Notes under the pieces: model-generated | Told to the model about the DNA's origin: nothing | What the model saw: only the letters and a program-made list of their open reading frames with translations | Database searches by the model: none | Shown: piece after piece, positions 17,835-28,610 of the stretch | Layout: every line of letters begins with the position of its first letter | Numbering within the stretch: position 1 is the first letter of the stretch | Assembly: GCA_049967655.1 (NCBI GenBank) | Contig: JBMFSH010000018.1 | Span: forward strand, 1 to 54,402 | Source: Acidobacteriota bacterium | Lineage (GTDB): Bacteria; Acidobacteriota; UBA4820; DSQY01 | Direction of reading: 5' to 3' | Length of the DNA: 54,402 nucleotides | Translations under genes and position numbers: made by a program

Positions 17835-19010
17835 CTAGGAACGCCGGGTCAGGACGTCCTTGACCGCGGTCACGACGTAGCGCACGTCCTCCTCGCTCAT
17901 GGCTGGAAAGAGCGGCAATGAGCAGATGCGCTCCGAGGACCAGGAGGCGTGCGGAAGCCTGGACGCCACCCCGGGGTATTTTTGCTGGTAGTAGGGCTGC
18001 TCGTGGACCGCCTTGAAGTGGATGCCCGTGCCGACGTTGCGCGCCCTCAGCTCGGCGATGAAGGCGTCCCGGCTCATCCCCGCCTTTTCCGTGACTCTGA
18101 CGGCGTAGAGGTGCCAGGTGGCGCGGTGCGGATAGGCGGGAAGCGCCGGCCTCTGGATCTCCTCCACCTCGGCGAAGAGCTCCTGGTAGAGGGCCGCGAG
18201 TTCGCACCTCCGGGCGTTGAACTCCTCCACCGAAGCGAGCTGGGGGAGCCCGAGGGCCGCCTGGAGGTCCATGAAGTTGTATTTGAATCCCACCCGGATC
18301 ACCTCGACCTGGGGCGAACCGCCCTCGGCGTAGCGGTTCCAGGCCTGCTTCTCCAGGCCGTGGAAGCGGAGGGCGCGCAGGGTTCTCGCCATCTCCTCGT
18401 CCTTGAGCACGAGCACGCCCCCCTCCCCCGTGGTCATGTTCTTGATGGGGTGGAAGGAGAAGACGCCCAGCCGGTCGAAGCAGCCGACGTGCCGGCCCTT
18501 GTAGTGGGTCCCGACGCCGTGGGCGGCGTCCTCGAAGATCCAGAGGCCGTGCCTTCGGGCGGTTTCGAGAAGCGGGTCCATGTGGCAGGGGGCGCCGCCG
18601 AAGTGGACGGGCAGGATGCCCACGGTGCGGGGTGTCACCGCGGCGGCCACCTGCTCTTCGTCGATCTGAAGCGTGTCGCGGTGGATGTCCACGAAGACGG
18701 GCCGGCCGCCCAGGGCTTCGATCATGTTCACGGTGGCGACCCAGGTCATGGGCGTGGTGATGACCTCGTCGCCGGGCTTGAGTCCCAGGGCCATGAGTCC
18801 GATGTGCAGGCCCGCAGTGGCGGAGGAGAGGGCCAGGGCGATGGGGAAGCCCGTGAAGCGGGCGAACTCCTCTTCAAAACGCTGGGCCTTCGGTCCCGTG
18901 GTGATCCAGCCCGAGCGGAGGGTGTCCACCACCTCGTCGATTTCGGCCTGGCGGATGGTGGGTCGCGAAAAGGGGAGGAAATCGGCTCGCTTCTGGAAGG
19001 AGGTGCTCAT
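17835..19010 (-). CDS. arnB: UDP-4-amino-4-deoxy-L-arabinose aminotransferase (DegT/DnrJ family)
   Basis: FLPFSRP, SGWITTGPK, EDAAH, FSFHPIKNMTTGEGG (PLP Lys), SLPLFP; AAGGAG SD before ATG 19010. Confidence 0.93.
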   Translation of the reverse strand: MSTSFQKRADFLPFSRPTIRQAEIDEVVDTLRSGWITTGPKAQRFEEEFARFTGFPIALALSSATAGLHIGLMALGLKPGDEVITTPMTWVATVNMIEALGGRPVFVDIHRDTLQIDEEQVAAAVTPRTVGILPVHFGGAPCHMDPLLETARRHGLWIFEDAAHGVGTHYKGRHVGCFDRLGVFSFHPIKNMTTGEGGVLVLKDEEMARTLRALRFHGLEKQAWNRYAEGGSPQVEVIRVGFKYNFMDLQAALGLPQLASVEEFNARRCELAALYQELFAEVEEIQRPALPAYPHRATWHLYAVRVTEKAGMSRDAFIAELRARNVGTGIHFKAVHEQPYYQQKYPGVASRLPHASWSSERICSLPLFPAMSEEDVRYVVTAVKDVLTRRS

Positions 19011-19030
19011 AGGCTGATTCTCCTTGGCTC

Positions 19031-20665
19031 TCATTTCGGCCGGTTCCATAGGGCGATGGTGCGGTTCCGGCCGAAGGTCCGCGACTCCACGAGGCTGTAC
19101 CCTTCCCGGCTGAGCGCTTGCTTCTGATCCGGGGACTGGCCCTGGACCAGGAGGTCGACGGGTCCGTGGAGACCGGGCTCATTCTCGCTCAAATAGTCGT
19201 CCGGCAGGGCGATCACCCGCCTCCCCGTCACGAACGGGATGATACCACGAAGCGTTTCATCCGCACCAAGCGCGTAGACGGGGGCTCCCGCCGGGAGACG
19301 GTGATCCAGTCGCCGCACAAAACCGGTCATATTCTTCTGCACGGCGATCACGGGGACCGCGCCAAAAAAGAGCGCCAGGCAGAAGGCCCCCGCGCAGGCC
19401 GAGGCCCATCCGTTGAGGTGCCGCGGCTTTCCCCGGTGCGCCGACGCCAGGAGCCCGGCGGAACAGATCAATCCCACGCCCAGCAGGAGCAGGGGCACGA
19501 CCCGCCCGCCGCCCCGGTAGATCAGAAGCGCCGCGGGGAGGGCCAGGGCCCAGAGGACCAGGAGGGCGACCTGGAGCCAGAGCGCCACCCGGCCCTTCGC
19601 GCGGGGGGCTCCCGCCTTCCTCGCAAGCTCTTGCGCTTGCCAGCCGAACAGGAGGAAGAGGGGCGGAAGCAGCGGCAGGAGGTAGATCTCGCGCTTGGTG
19701 GAGGCGAGGCTGAGGATGACCAGCCCTCCCGCGACCAGCGCCGCGGCGTACACGGCCGGGTCGGGGAGAGGGCGGCCGTCGAGACGCCCCCTCCAAAAGG
19801 AGGGCCGGAAGGCCATGCAGAGAGGGATCAGCCAGGGCAGAACCGCCAGCGCCAGGGTCCAGGTGTAGTAGAGCAGGGGCTGGGCGTGGCCCGTCCCCAC
19901 GGGATGGAGGAAGCGGTCCACGTGATTGACCCACGCCCACTGGTAGAGCGCGTTGGTTCCGCCGGCCAAGGTGATGGCGGCCGCCAGGATGCCGAGGCCG
20001 GTCAGGAAGACCCCCGCTCCCCAGAAGGGGTGAAAGGGTCTCCACGGCCGGCGGCGCCTCTCCACAACGAGGTAGATGAGGAGGCCGGCTCCAAGCAGGA
20101 CCGGTCCGACGAGCCCCTTGGTCCACAGGGCCAAGAGGTTGGCCGCGTAAAAGAGCACCAGGAAGCGGCGGCCCCCGCCGGCGAGCACCTCGTATCCGGC
20201 CCAGGCGGCCAGGGTCATCCACAGCATGAGGAGGGGGTCCAGGATGATCCAGTGGGTGGCGTAGAGAAAGACGGAGCTGGTGGCCATCATGACCACGGAG
20301 GCCAGCCCGACGGCCGGGGAGGCGGCGCGAACGCCCCACCGGTAGAGGACCAGCAGGGTGAGCAGGCCGCAGAGGGCGCTGAGGAGGCGGGCGGCCCAGG
20401 CCGACGGCCCGCCTGTCAGGGCAAAGAGTCCCGCTCCCAGCCAGTAATAGATGGGCGGCTTTTCGTAGAAGGGCGAGAAGTCCAGGGTGGGAATCACGGA
20501 GGGAGCGAGGTACATCTCCCGGATCATCTCCACCTCGCGGGGCTCGTCGGGCGTCCAGAGGTCCCGGCTGAGGCCGAGAAAGGCCAAAGCGGTTAACAGC
20601 AGGCCGGCCAGGAGCACTACGCGGCGCGAGGGCACGTGGGGGGCGGCTTCTGCGGATCCCTCCAT
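19031..20665 (-). CDS. ArnT/PMT-like GT-C glycosyltransferase (divergent copy)
   Basis: WTPDEPRE, FYEKPPIYYW, LWTKGLVG, ASTKREIYLLP; many TMs. Confidence 0.88.
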   Translation of the reverse strand: MEGSAEAAPHVPSRRVVLLAGLLLTALAFLGLSRDLWTPDEPREVEMIREMYLAPSVIPTLDFSPFYEKPPIYYWLGAGLFALTGGPSAWAARLLSALCGLLTLLVLYRWGVRAASPAVGLASVVMMATSSVFLYATHWIILDPLLMLWMTLAAWAGYEVLAGGGRRFLVLFYAANLLALWTKGLVGPVLLGAGLLIYLVVERRRRPWRPFHPFWGAGVFLTGLGILAAAITLAGGTNALYQWAWVNHVDRFLHPVGTGHAQPLLYYTWTLALAVLPWLIPLCMAFRPSFWRGRLDGRPLPDPAVYAAALVAGGLVILSLASTKREIYLLPLLPPLFLLFGWQAQELARKAGAPRAKGRVALWLQVALLVLWALALPAALLIYRGGGRVVPLLLLGVGLICSAGLLASAHRGKPRHLNGWASACAGAFCLALFFGAVPVIAVQKNMTGFVRRLDHRLPAGAPVYALGADETLRGIIPFVTGRRVIALPDDYLSENEPGLHGPVDLLVQGQSPDQKQALSREGYSLVESRTFGRNRTIALWNRPK

Positions 20666-20666
20666 G

Positions 20667-22382
20667 TCACTCGGCCTCCGGGTGGTTGGTCAGTAGCAGG
20701 AGCGTGCGCTGCTCCTCCAGGACCGTGGCGTGGTCCAGGCCGTCGGCTTTCATCCGGGGCAGCGATTCATGATCCGTCACGAGGTAGACCCTCTGTGCGG
20801 AGTCCCAGATTTTCTTGAACTGCGCGGCATCTGGGAATCGTTCCTTCCGCACTTCGGGCGGGAGCTTGGAGATGCCGAAAGCCAGCTCCCCCTGAAAGTC
20901 CGCCACGTCCATGAGCCGGCGCAGGTAGACCGGCAGGGTCTGGGGGTAGTCGTTGAAGGAGAAGAGGCGGTCGCCTGGGCGCAGGTGGGTCTGCAAATAG
21001 GGCACGAAAGCCTTTGAACTCCGGCCCACGGCGATTTGCGGCGCAGCGGCCCAGATGGCCGCGAAGAGGAGAGCCCCGGCGAGGAAGAGGCTCCACGCCC
21101 GCGCGGTCGAGGAAGAGTTCGCAAGCCAGGCCGCCCCGGCCAGGAGCGAGGCGAGGACGGTCAAGAGTCCCAGGGCCAGGAGCGGGAGGTGGAGGCGGCC
21201 CGACGGGTCGAAGGCGGGCACCCTCCCGAGCCCCGCCGCCACAAAGGCGCCACCCAGCGAGAAAACCAGCAGACAGCCGAGAGCGATCCCCGCCCTCTCC
21301 AGGCCCCGCCAGAGGCGGGTGGGCGCACCCTTGCCGAGCAAGACCATGGCTGCCAGCACGGCCAGGGGGGGGAAGGCCGGCAGGACGTAGGGGATGAGCT
21401 TGGACTGGGAGGCCGAGAAGAAGAGGACGAGAAATCCCGCCCAGCAGATCAGAAAGACCACGGCGCGCCGCTCGCGAAGCGCTCGGCGAAGGGGCAGGCC
21501 GCCGAAGAGCGATGGAACCCCCAGCAGCAGACCAGACCAGGGCAGAAGCCCCAGGGCCACGACGGGCAGGAAGAACCAGAAGGGTTCCTGCCGGTCGGAG
21601 ATGGGGGTCAGGTAGCGGAGGAAGTGCTCCCGCACGATGTAGATGCTGAAGAAGTCGGGGTTCCTGATCTGGGCCAGCACGTGCCAGGGAAGGGCCACGG
21701 CGAGGAAGAGGAGCGTCCCACTGACCCAGGGCACCCGCTTCAGGAGGGCCCACCCCGAGGTGAGCAGGATCGTCAGAAAGGCGATAGCCCCCGGCAGCGC
21801 GATCCCCATGAGCCCCTTGCTCAGCACGGTGAGAGCCGCTCCCAGGAACATGCCGTACCAGAGAAGCCGCTCCGTCCAGCCCCCGCTGGCCTCCCAGGCG
21901 AGCCAGAAGCAGACCATGGTGAGGCTGAAGAAGAAGGTGAGGGTCATGTCGATGATGGCGAGGTGGGACAGGGCCAGGTAGAGGAGGGAGGTCGCCAGAA
22001 TCAGGGCGGACCATTCCCCTACGGCCCGTCCTCCGCACCTTCGCCCCAGAAGGTAGACCAGCCCCAGGCCGAGGAGGCCGAAGGCGGCGCTCCAGAACCG
22101 GCTCGAGAACTCGCTGATCCCGAACAGGCGGATGGAGAGGGCATTGAACCAGTAGTAGAGGGGCGGCTTTTCGAAATAGAGCACGCCGTCGAGGCGGGGC
22201 GTGACGAAGTCGTGCCTAGCCAGCATCTCTCTGGGAATCTCGGTGTAGCGCCCCTCGTCGGGTTCGAGGAGGGGGGGGCGTCCCAGGGCCGCGAAGTACA
22301 ACATGAGCAGGAGAGCCCCGACGATGAGCCGGACGGGGCGCGTTCGTCCACTCCCCCCCAGCGATTCCCTGTCGTCCGGCAT
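20667..22382 (-). CDS. arnT: Lipid A L-Ara4N transferase (ArnT, GT83)
   Basis: EPDEGRYTEIPREM, YFEKPPLYYW, LSKGL, EHFLRY, SQSKLIPYVLP; start moved to MPDDRES. Confidence 0.9.
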   Translation of the reverse strand: MPDDRESLGGSGRTRPVRLIVGALLLMLYFAALGRPPLLEPDEGRYTEIPREMLARHDFVTPRLDGVLYFEKPPLYYWFNALSIRLFGISEFSSRFWSAAFGLLGLGLVYLLGRRCGGRAVGEWSALILATSLLYLALSHLAIIDMTLTFFFSLTMVCFWLAWEASGGWTERLLWYGMFLGAALTVLSKGLMGIALPGAIAFLTILLTSGWALLKRVPWVSGTLLFLAVALPWHVLAQIRNPDFFSIYIVREHFLRYLTPISDRQEPFWFFLPVVALGLLPWSGLLLGVPSLFGGLPLRRALRERRAVVFLICWAGFLVLFFSASQSKLIPYVLPAFPPLAVLAAMVLLGKGAPTRLWRGLERAGIALGCLLVFSLGGAFVAAGLGRVPAFDPSGRLHLPLLALGLLTVLASLLAGAAWLANSSSTARAWSLFLAGALLFAAIWAAAPQIAVGRSSKAFVPYLQTHLRPGDRLFSFNDYPQTLPVYLRRLMDVADFQGELAFGISKLPPEVRKERFPDAAQFKKIWDSAQRVYLVTDHESLPRMKADGLDHATVLEEQRTLLLLTNHPEAE

Positions 22383-22679
22383 GCTGTCCTCGCTCCCTTG
22401 CCAAAGCGCGGCCTGCCCGACGTCCCCGACGAACGGACGGGGAGCGCTCCCTCGCGGAAGGTGCCGCTTGGCCCACTGTACCCGTTCGGACGGTCCCCTG
22501 ACAATCGCCCGCCGCTCCCCTTCATGGCGGCGCAGGGGTGAACCATGAAGATGCGAGTCATGGATTACGGGCTTTCGAGGAGCCCGCCCTGCCTCCACTC
22601 CCAGGCTCGCGGCTCGCGCGGCGAGCCGACGGACTAGCCGCGGCGCGGGGAGGGGGGGACGCCTCGTCGGCCGACCGGC

Positions 22680-23921
22680 TCAGGTGGCGGCGGGCGTTCG
22701 GCGGGGGAAGGTCTGCTCCACGTAGTCGTCCACGAGCTTTTGGAAGGACTGCGCCAACTCCTCGTAGGTTCCCTGAAGGGTGGTGAACTGCTTGCCGTCG
22801 ATGAAGACGGGGCACTTGGGCGTTTCTCCCGTGCCGGGCAGGCTGATGCCGATGTTGGCCGCCTTGGATTCGCCGGGTCCGTTCACGATGCAGCCCATCA
22901 CCGCCAAGGTCAGCGTCTCGACCCCTTCGTAGCGGACCTTCCAATCGGGCATGCGGTCGCGCACGTAGCCCTGAATCCTCTCGGCCAGCTCCTGAAAGGT
23001 GGAGCTGGTGGTGCGGCCGCAGCCCGGACAAGCCGTGACGCTCGGTGCGAAGGAGCGCAGCCCCAGGGCCTGAAGAAGCTCTAGACAGGCGTAGACCTCC
23101 TCCCGCCGGTCCCCGCCGGGACGGGGCGTCAACGAGACCCGTATGGTGTCTCCGATGCCCTCTTCGAGCAGGATGGCCAGCGCCGCGGCGGACCAGACGA
23201 GCCCCTTGGTCCCCATGCCTGCCTCCGTGAGCCCCAGGTGGAGCGGCTGATCGGTCCTTGCGGCCAGGTTCCTGTAGATCCTGACCAGCTCGGCCGGCCG
23301 GGAGCTCTTGCAGGAGATGATGATCTGATCCCTCCGCAGGCCGCAGGAGAGGGCCAGCTCGGTGGACTGGAGGGCGGAGAGAACCATGCACTCGCCCAGA
23401 ACCTCCTCCGAGCTCCTTCCGAGGGCCCTCTCCGTGTTTTCCTGCATCTTGGCCGTCACCAGCTCCTGGTTGAGGGAGCCGGCGTTGACCCCGATGCGGA
23501 CGGGCTTTCCGTTGTCCACGGCGATCTTGCAGATGGTGCCGAACTGCTCGTCCCGCTTCTTGCCGTGACCCACGTTGCCGGGATTGATCCGGTACTTGTC
23601 GAGGGCCCTGGCGCACTCCGGGAACTGGGTGAGGAGCAGGTGGCCGTTGTAGTGGAAGTCGCCGATCAGCGGAGCGCTGACGCCCGCGTCGAGCATCCGC
23701 CGCTTGATCTCGGGAACGGCGGCCGCGGCCTCTGGCACGTTCACCGTGACGCGCACCATCTCCGAACCCGCGCGGGCCAGCTCCAGACACTGCCGGGCCG
23801 TGGCCTCCACGTCGGCGGTGTCGGTGTTGGTCATGGACTGGACCACCACCGGCGCGCCTCCTCCCACCAGAACCTCGCCGACCTTGACCTGAACCGACCG
23901 CTTGCGGGTGCTTGCAGACAT
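22680..23921 (-). CDS. ispG: (E)-4-hydroxy-3-methylbut-2-enyl-diphosphate synthase
   Basis: [62 protein letters not shown]. Confidence 0.97.
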   Translation of the reverse strand: MSASTRKRSVQVKVGEVLVGGGAPVVVQSMTNTDTADVEATARQCLELARAGSEMVRVTVNVPEAAAAVPEIKRRMLDAGVSAPLIGDFHYNGHLLLTQFPECARALDKYRINPGNVGHGKKRDEQFGTICKIAVDNGKPVRIGVNAGSLNQELVTAKMQENTERALGRSSEEVLGECMVLSALQSTELALSCGLRRDQIIISCKSSRPAELVRIYRNLAARTDQPLHLGLTEAGMGTKGLVWSAAALAILLEEGIGDTIRVSLTPRPGGDRREEVYACLELLQALGLRSFAPSVTACPGCGRTTSSTFQELAERIQGYVRDRMPDWKVRYEGVETLTLAVMGCIVNGPGESKAANIGISLPGTGETPKCPVFIDGKQFTTLQGTYEELAQSFQKLVDDYVEQTFPRRTPAAT

Positions 23922-24068
23922 GGGACCTCGCTTCCAGGCGCGGCGACCGCCGCGTCTTCATCTTAACACCCGGCCGTTCCCGCTTACTCCTGGGGGCGGT
24001 CGACGGCTCCCCTTCGGCCCACGGGGCCTGCGGAGGTCGGAAGGCTTTTCACGCTTTCCCGGCGCCCT

Positions 24069-25181
24069 TCACCGCGGCTCCGGGAAGGCCTGCCTCATGA
24101 GGGCGGACTCCCTTCCATGGCGCTCCAGGGCCAGTTCGATGAGCCGGTCCAGGAGCCTCGGATAGGGAAGCCCGCTGACCTCCCAGAGCTTGGGGTACAT
24201 GCTGATCCGCGTGAAGCCGGGCAGGGTGTTGATCTCGTTGACGAGGGCCACGCCGTCGGAGCGGAGGAAGAAGTCCACCCGGGCCATGCCGGCGCACTCC
24301 AGCACGGTGAAGGCCTTCACGGCGAGGCTCCGGATCCTGTCCGACGTAGCCCGGTCCAGATCCGCCGGGTACTTCAGGCGCGCCCCGTTCTCGTCGATGT
24401 ACTTGGCCTCGTAAGAGTAGAACTCGTGGGTGGGGATCACCTCGCCGCACAAGGAGGCCTCCGGCTGGTCGTTGCCCAGGACGGCGCACTCGATCTCACG
24501 GCCCTCGATGGCCTCCTCCACCAGCGCCTTTCGGTCGAAACGCAGGGCCTCCTCCAGGGCGGGGCGGAGCCCATCGGGCCCCTTGACCTTGGTGATGCCC
24601 ACGGAGGAGCCCAGGTTGCAGGGTTTCACGAAGAGCGGGAAGCCGCCCAGCTCCTCGGCCAGCGCCTTCAGGTTGCAGTGGGACAAGTCCCGGGCGTGGA
24701 CCACCATGAACCGGGGAACGGGCAGGGCCGCCTCGCGCAGGAGCCGCTTCATCACGTCCTTGTCCATGCCCACGGCGGAGCCCAAAACGTCGGCTCCCAC
24801 GTAGGGGACGTTCAGCAGCCGGAGAAGCCCCTGCAGCGAACCGTCTTCGCCGAAGGTGCCGTGCATGATGGGGAAGAAGACGTCGATGGTTCCGAGCTGC
24901 GCTCCCGAGCTGGGCGAAACCAGGGCGAGCCCCTGGCCTTCCCGTTCCAGGGGGACCACCTCCGGGGCGGATCGGTTGAGGGCGATGAGCCTGGGGTCGG
25001 CGGCGTTCAAAATCATGGAGGAGTCGGCCCCCATGTGCCATACCCCCTCCTTGTCGACCCCCAGGAGAACGGGCTCGTAGCGCTCGCGGTCCAGCGCCTC
25101 CCAGATGTTTTTCGCGGATTGGATGGAGACCTCGTGCTCCGCGCTCCGTCCGCCGAAGATAATGCCCACGCGCATTTTCAT
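24069..25181 (-). CDS. ddl: D-alanine--D-alanine ligase
   Basis: FGGRSAEHEVS, HGTFGEDG, MDKD, VKP..LGSSVG, FYSYEAKY, ARVDFF, NEINTLPGFT. Confidence 0.96.
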   Translation of the reverse strand: MKMRVGIIFGGRSAEHEVSIQSAKNIWEALDRERYEPVLLGVDKEGVWHMGADSSMILNAADPRLIALNRSAPEVVPLEREGQGLALVSPSSGAQLGTIDVFFPIMHGTFGEDGSLQGLLRLLNVPYVGADVLGSAVGMDKDVMKRLLREAALPVPRFMVVHARDLSHCNLKALAEELGGFPLFVKPCNLGSSVGITKVKGPDGLRPALEEALRFDRKALVEEAIEGREIECAVLGNDQPEASLCGEVIPTHEFYSYEAKYIDENGARLKYPADLDRATSDRIRSLAVKAFTVLECAGMARVDFFLRSDGVALVNEINTLPGFTRISMYPKLWEVSGLPYPRLLDRLIELALERHGRESALMRQAFPEPR

Positions 25182-25316
25182 GATCTCTCCGCAGTCGCTG
25201 CCAAGCGCCCAGGCCCAACTCCCACCCGGGACCGCCGCGCGGCGCACCTTATAGTAGCAAAACGGGGTCGCCCCCGGGGCGGGGAGCCCCTCAGTCGCAA
25301 AAGCGCGCGAGGGAGG

Positions 25317-26090
25317 TTACGGCTCCCGGTGGTTGAGCATGGCCGTGGCCTGGGCCGTAGGCATGACCACCAGTTCGGTGATGTCCACGTGCGGTGGGCG
25401 CGAGGCGATCCACAGGACGATGTCGGCGATGTCCTCTGCCGACAGAGCCTTGAGCCCCTGGTACACCTTCGCCGCCCTCTCCTGGTCTCCGCGGAAGCGC
25501 ACCACCGAGAAGTCGGTCTCCACCATGCCGGGGTCGATAGTGCTGACCCGAACGGGAGTGCCCAAGAGGTCCACCTTGAGGGCTCGCGTCAGGGCCTTGA
25601 CGGCGAATTTCGTGGCGCAGTAGACGTTGCCGCCGGGATAGACCTCCCGCCCAGCGACCGAGCCGATGTTGATGACGTGGCCCCGCCTCCTCGCCACCAT
25701 GCCGGGGAGGAGCGCGCGGGTGACGTAGAGGAGCCCCTTCACGTTGGTGTCGATCATCTCGTCCCACTCGTCGGGGTTCCCCTCCTGAAGTTTGTCCAGG
25801 CCCCGGCCGAGGCCGGCGTTGTTGATGAGGAGGTCCACCTCGCTCCAGGCCGGCGGGAGGGCGCCCAGGGTGGATTCGACCGCTCGCCGGTCCCTGACGT
25901 CCAGCTCGATGGTCAGGCTTTCGGCACCGTGTCGCTCCCTCAGCGTTTTCTCCAATTCGGCCAGCTTCTCCCGCCGCCGTGCGGCCAGGACGAGGCGGCA
26001 GCCCGCGGCGCCAAAGGCCATGGCTACCGCGCGGCCTATGCCCGAGCTCGCCCCCGTAACCACAACGGTTCGACCCGCTAGATTCGTCAT
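25317..26090 (-). CDS. SDR oxidoreductase, YdfG-like
   Basis: TGASSGIG, NNAG, MIDTNVKG, YPGGNVYCATK, PGMVETDFS.VRF. Confidence 0.92.
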   Translation of the reverse strand: MTNLAGRTVVVTGASSGIGRAVAMAFGAAGCRLVLAARRREKLAELEKTLRERHGAESLTIELDVRDRRAVESTLGALPPAWSEVDLLINNAGLGRGLDKLQEGNPDEWDEMIDTNVKGLLYVTRALLPGMVARRRGHVINIGSVAGREVYPGGNVYCATKFAVKALTRALKVDLLGTPVRVSTIDPGMVETDFSVVRFRGDQERAAKVYQGLKALSAEDIADIVLWIASRPPHVDITELVVMPTAQATAMLNHREP

Positions 26091-26315
26091 TCTCTGATCT
26101 CCTGCTTTTCCCTACAAGAATTTGAGCCCACCGTGGGCCGCTGCCCCGCTCCCATGCCGGAAGCGAAGTATAGCCCCAATCGAAGTCTGAGGGGAGGAAG
26201 AAGGGCGCGGGACCTTTCCAGGGGTCTCGGCAGGTTCTATATTAACGATCAAAGACCACCAGCTCCCTCGGCCGGACTCCGTGAGCCAGGGGCGCCGGCG
26301 GAAAGGGGGCCAGCC

Positions 26316-26990
26316 ATGGAGGAGAAGCACGGTGCGCACGTGATCGTGACGATCGCCCGCATGATGGGCAGCGGGGGGAGCTTCATCGGTAAGCGTCTGG
26401 CTCAGCGCCTCGGCTACCGCTACCTGGACCGGGAGATCTTGGTCGAAGCCGCGAGGCGCCTCAGGAGGGATCCCGAGGCGTTGGAGGCCTTCGACGAGCG
26501 ACACCTGACCTTCTGGGAGCGCACTCGCATGGCCTATGCCTTCGGCGCGCCCGATTCTCCCTACGCCCCTCCGCCCGTCACCGTGGACGACAAGGACCTC
26601 TTCGACGTCCAGAAGACCATCATCCAGGAGACGGCCGAGCGCGGTCCCGCTGTCATTGTGGGCCGCGGCGGATTTGCCCTCTTGAGGGGCCTCCCGGGGC
26701 ACCTCTCGGTCTTTCTCCACGCACCCCTCGACCTGCGTGCCCGCCGCATCCGGAGGCTTTACAGCCTGGGCTCTCTGGAAGAGGCCAGGGACATGGCCGA
26801 ACAGTCGGACCGTGAGAGGGGCCATTTCGTCAAGGCGGTTGTAGGCGAGAATTGGCTGGACCCGAACCAGTACCACCTCTGCCTGGACACGGGAAGACTC
26901 GGCACGGGAGCGGCCATGGAGCTGCTCTATCAAGCGGCCCTGGAGGTGGCCAGGAGCTTGCGCAATAAAGAAGAGTCGGAACTCCTTTAG
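26316..26990 (+). CDS. Cytidylate kinase-like family protein
   Basis: VTIARMMGSGG..IG..LA..LG..YLD, VIVGRGG, SDRER, YHLCLDT. Confidence 0.87.
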   Translation: MEEKHGAHVIVTIARMMGSGGSFIGKRLAQRLGYRYLDREILVEAARRLRRDPEALEAFDERHLTFWERTRMAYAFGAPDSPYAPPPVTVDDKDLFDVQKTIIQETAERGPAVIVGRGGFALLRGLPGHLSVFLHAPLDLRARRIRRLYSLGSLEEARDMAEQSDRERGHFVKAVVGENWLDPNQYHLCLDTGRLGTGAAMELLYQAALEVARSLRNKEESELL

Positions 26991-27036
26991 CGACCCTGAT
27001 GATCTCGCGAGCAGCCATTCGACGGAGAGGAAAGCC

Positions 27037-27828
27037 ATGGTGAATCCATCCAGGCACGGCCCCTGGGCCGTGGTGACCGGCGCGTCGGCGGGGCTGGGAG
27101 AGCACTTCGCAAGGCAGTTGGCAGCGTCGGGCCTCAATCTGTTTCTGGTGGCGCGCCGGCAGGAGAGGCTGGAGGTGCTTTGCGACCAGCTCAAGAGGGC
27201 CCACGGCGTGGAGGCTCGGTACGCAGTCCTGGACCTCGCCCAGGAGGGGGCGGATCTCGCCCTCGACCGGGCCACGGCCGATCTGGACGTGGGGCTGCTC
27301 GTGGATAACGCCGGGGCCGGCTACTTCGGGAGGTTTGACGGGCAAGATCCGGAGCGGCTGGCGGCCATGATCCGGTTGAACTGCACCGCCGTGATGCTCG
27401 TGGCCCACCGGTTTGTCGGGCGTTTCCGAAAGAGGGAGAGGGGCGGCATCATCATCGTCGCCTCTCTCGCCGGTTTCCAGGCGACCCCTTGGATGTCCGT
27501 GTACGGGGCGACCAAGGGCTTCGACCTGCTCTTCGGAGAAGGCCTCGCGCAGGAGCTCCGCGGCAGCGGCATCGATGTGCTGGTGGTGAACCCGGGCTCC
27601 ACCTCCACCGAATTCGGAAAGGTGGCGGGCTCCACGGGAGGTGGCCTGAGCATGCGCCCCGAGAAGGTGGTGGGCGGAGCCATCCGGGCGCTGGGGCGCA
27701 GGGTGGTCTATGTGCCGGGAGTGACCAACAAGCTCGTCGCTCTGGTGGATCGTATCTTCCCGAGGAGCTTCGTGGCGCACATGAGCGGACGGACCCTGAG
27801 GAAGATCACCCCGCCCGAGCATCGGTAG
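27037..27828 (+). CDS. SDR oxidoreductase (DltE/17beta-HSD-like)
   Basis: WAVVTGASAGLG, DNAG, S..YGATK catalytic motif. Confidence 0.9.
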   Translation: MVNPSRHGPWAVVTGASAGLGEHFARQLAASGLNLFLVARRQERLEVLCDQLKRAHGVEARYAVLDLAQEGADLALDRATADLDVGLLVDNAGAGYFGRFDGQDPERLAAMIRLNCTAVMLVAHRFVGRFRKRERGGIIIVASLAGFQATPWMSVYGATKGFDLLFGEGLAQELRGSGIDVLVVNPGSTSTEFGKVAGSTGGGLSMRPEKVVGGAIRALGRRVVYVPGVTNKLVALVDRIFPRSFVAHMSGRTLRKITPPEHR

Positions 27829-28597
27829 GGGGAGACACCCGAAACTCAAATTGTCTCACGGTCCCCGGCTCGCCGTTGGAATGGAAGGCGCGTTCTTCGA
27901 CGTAGGCCCTCCCCTGGGAAGTGATCAGCACCACGGTGGAACAGCGAGTACCGTGGACGGGAGTCACCACGAAGCAAGGGGAGAGGAGACGCTCCCACTC
28001 CAGGCCTACTCCTGTGTCGGGCAGCTCCGAGTCGGGGGCGGGCGACCGATCCGATAGGAGGCGGAAGAGCCCGGCGCACAAATCGTCGTCCGGGGCGGCG
28101 AGGGCGGCGCGAAGCCGCTCCTTACCCTTCGTGACCTTGGGCCAGGGCGCATCCAGCGAGCCGTTACTCAAACCATAAAGGCCCGGCCCCAGCGGTCCGG
28201 AGCGCGCCTCGCGGTTCGAGAAGTGATAAAGCCGTTCGACGGTGCCGAAAACCATGGAAAACCCTCGGAAGCGATGACCTTCGGCACGTAGTCGGTCCAG
28301 AAACGAGGGGGCCTCCTGCTGGCCCGACAGAAACTCCGCCACCAGGGTCCCTCGTGAAGGGGCTTCCCGGCTGTCTCGGCCCCTCTCCCGAAAGTTGGTG
28401 AGGGCGGCGAAGCGGCCTCCGCGGGTGAGTCCCAGCCAGGTCCCGCCGGCCTCCAGGTCGCGCCCCGCGAGGAGCCTCGGCGATCGCTCCCAGAAGCCGA
28501 GGGGAGCGGTTGGCCTGGCGTACATCTCGTCGCGGTTGGCGGCTACCACCAGGGCGTATCTCGGGTCCGGTCGGATGGCGAGGAGCAACAGGCACAT
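27806..28597 (-). CDS. NRDE/TANGO2 family protein
   Basis: Starts MCL; ANRDE; GRDLEAGGTWLG; LTNFR; SRG; LSN..LD.PWPKV; GTRCSTV. Confidence 0.93.
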   Translation of the reverse strand: MCLLLLAIRPDPRYALVVAANRDEMYARPTAPLGFWERSPRLLAGRDLEAGGTWLGLTRGGRFAALTNFRERGRDSREAPSRGTLVAEFLSGQQEAPSFLDRLRAEGHRFRGFSMVFGTVERLYHFSNREARSGPLGPGLYGLSNGSLDAPWPKVTKGKERLRAALAAPDDDLCAGLFRLLSDRSPAPDSELPDTGVGLEWERLLSPCFVVTPVHGTRCSTVVLITSQGRAYVEERAFHSNGEPGTVRQFEFRVSPPTDARAG

Positions 28598-28610
28598 AGC
28601 AAGCACCCGT

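Noticed and set aside
24069..25181. Van-type D-Ala-D-Lac ligase
   Set aside because: The omega loop FYSYEAKY is the D-Ala-D-Ala type, and there are no vanH/vanX neighbours.
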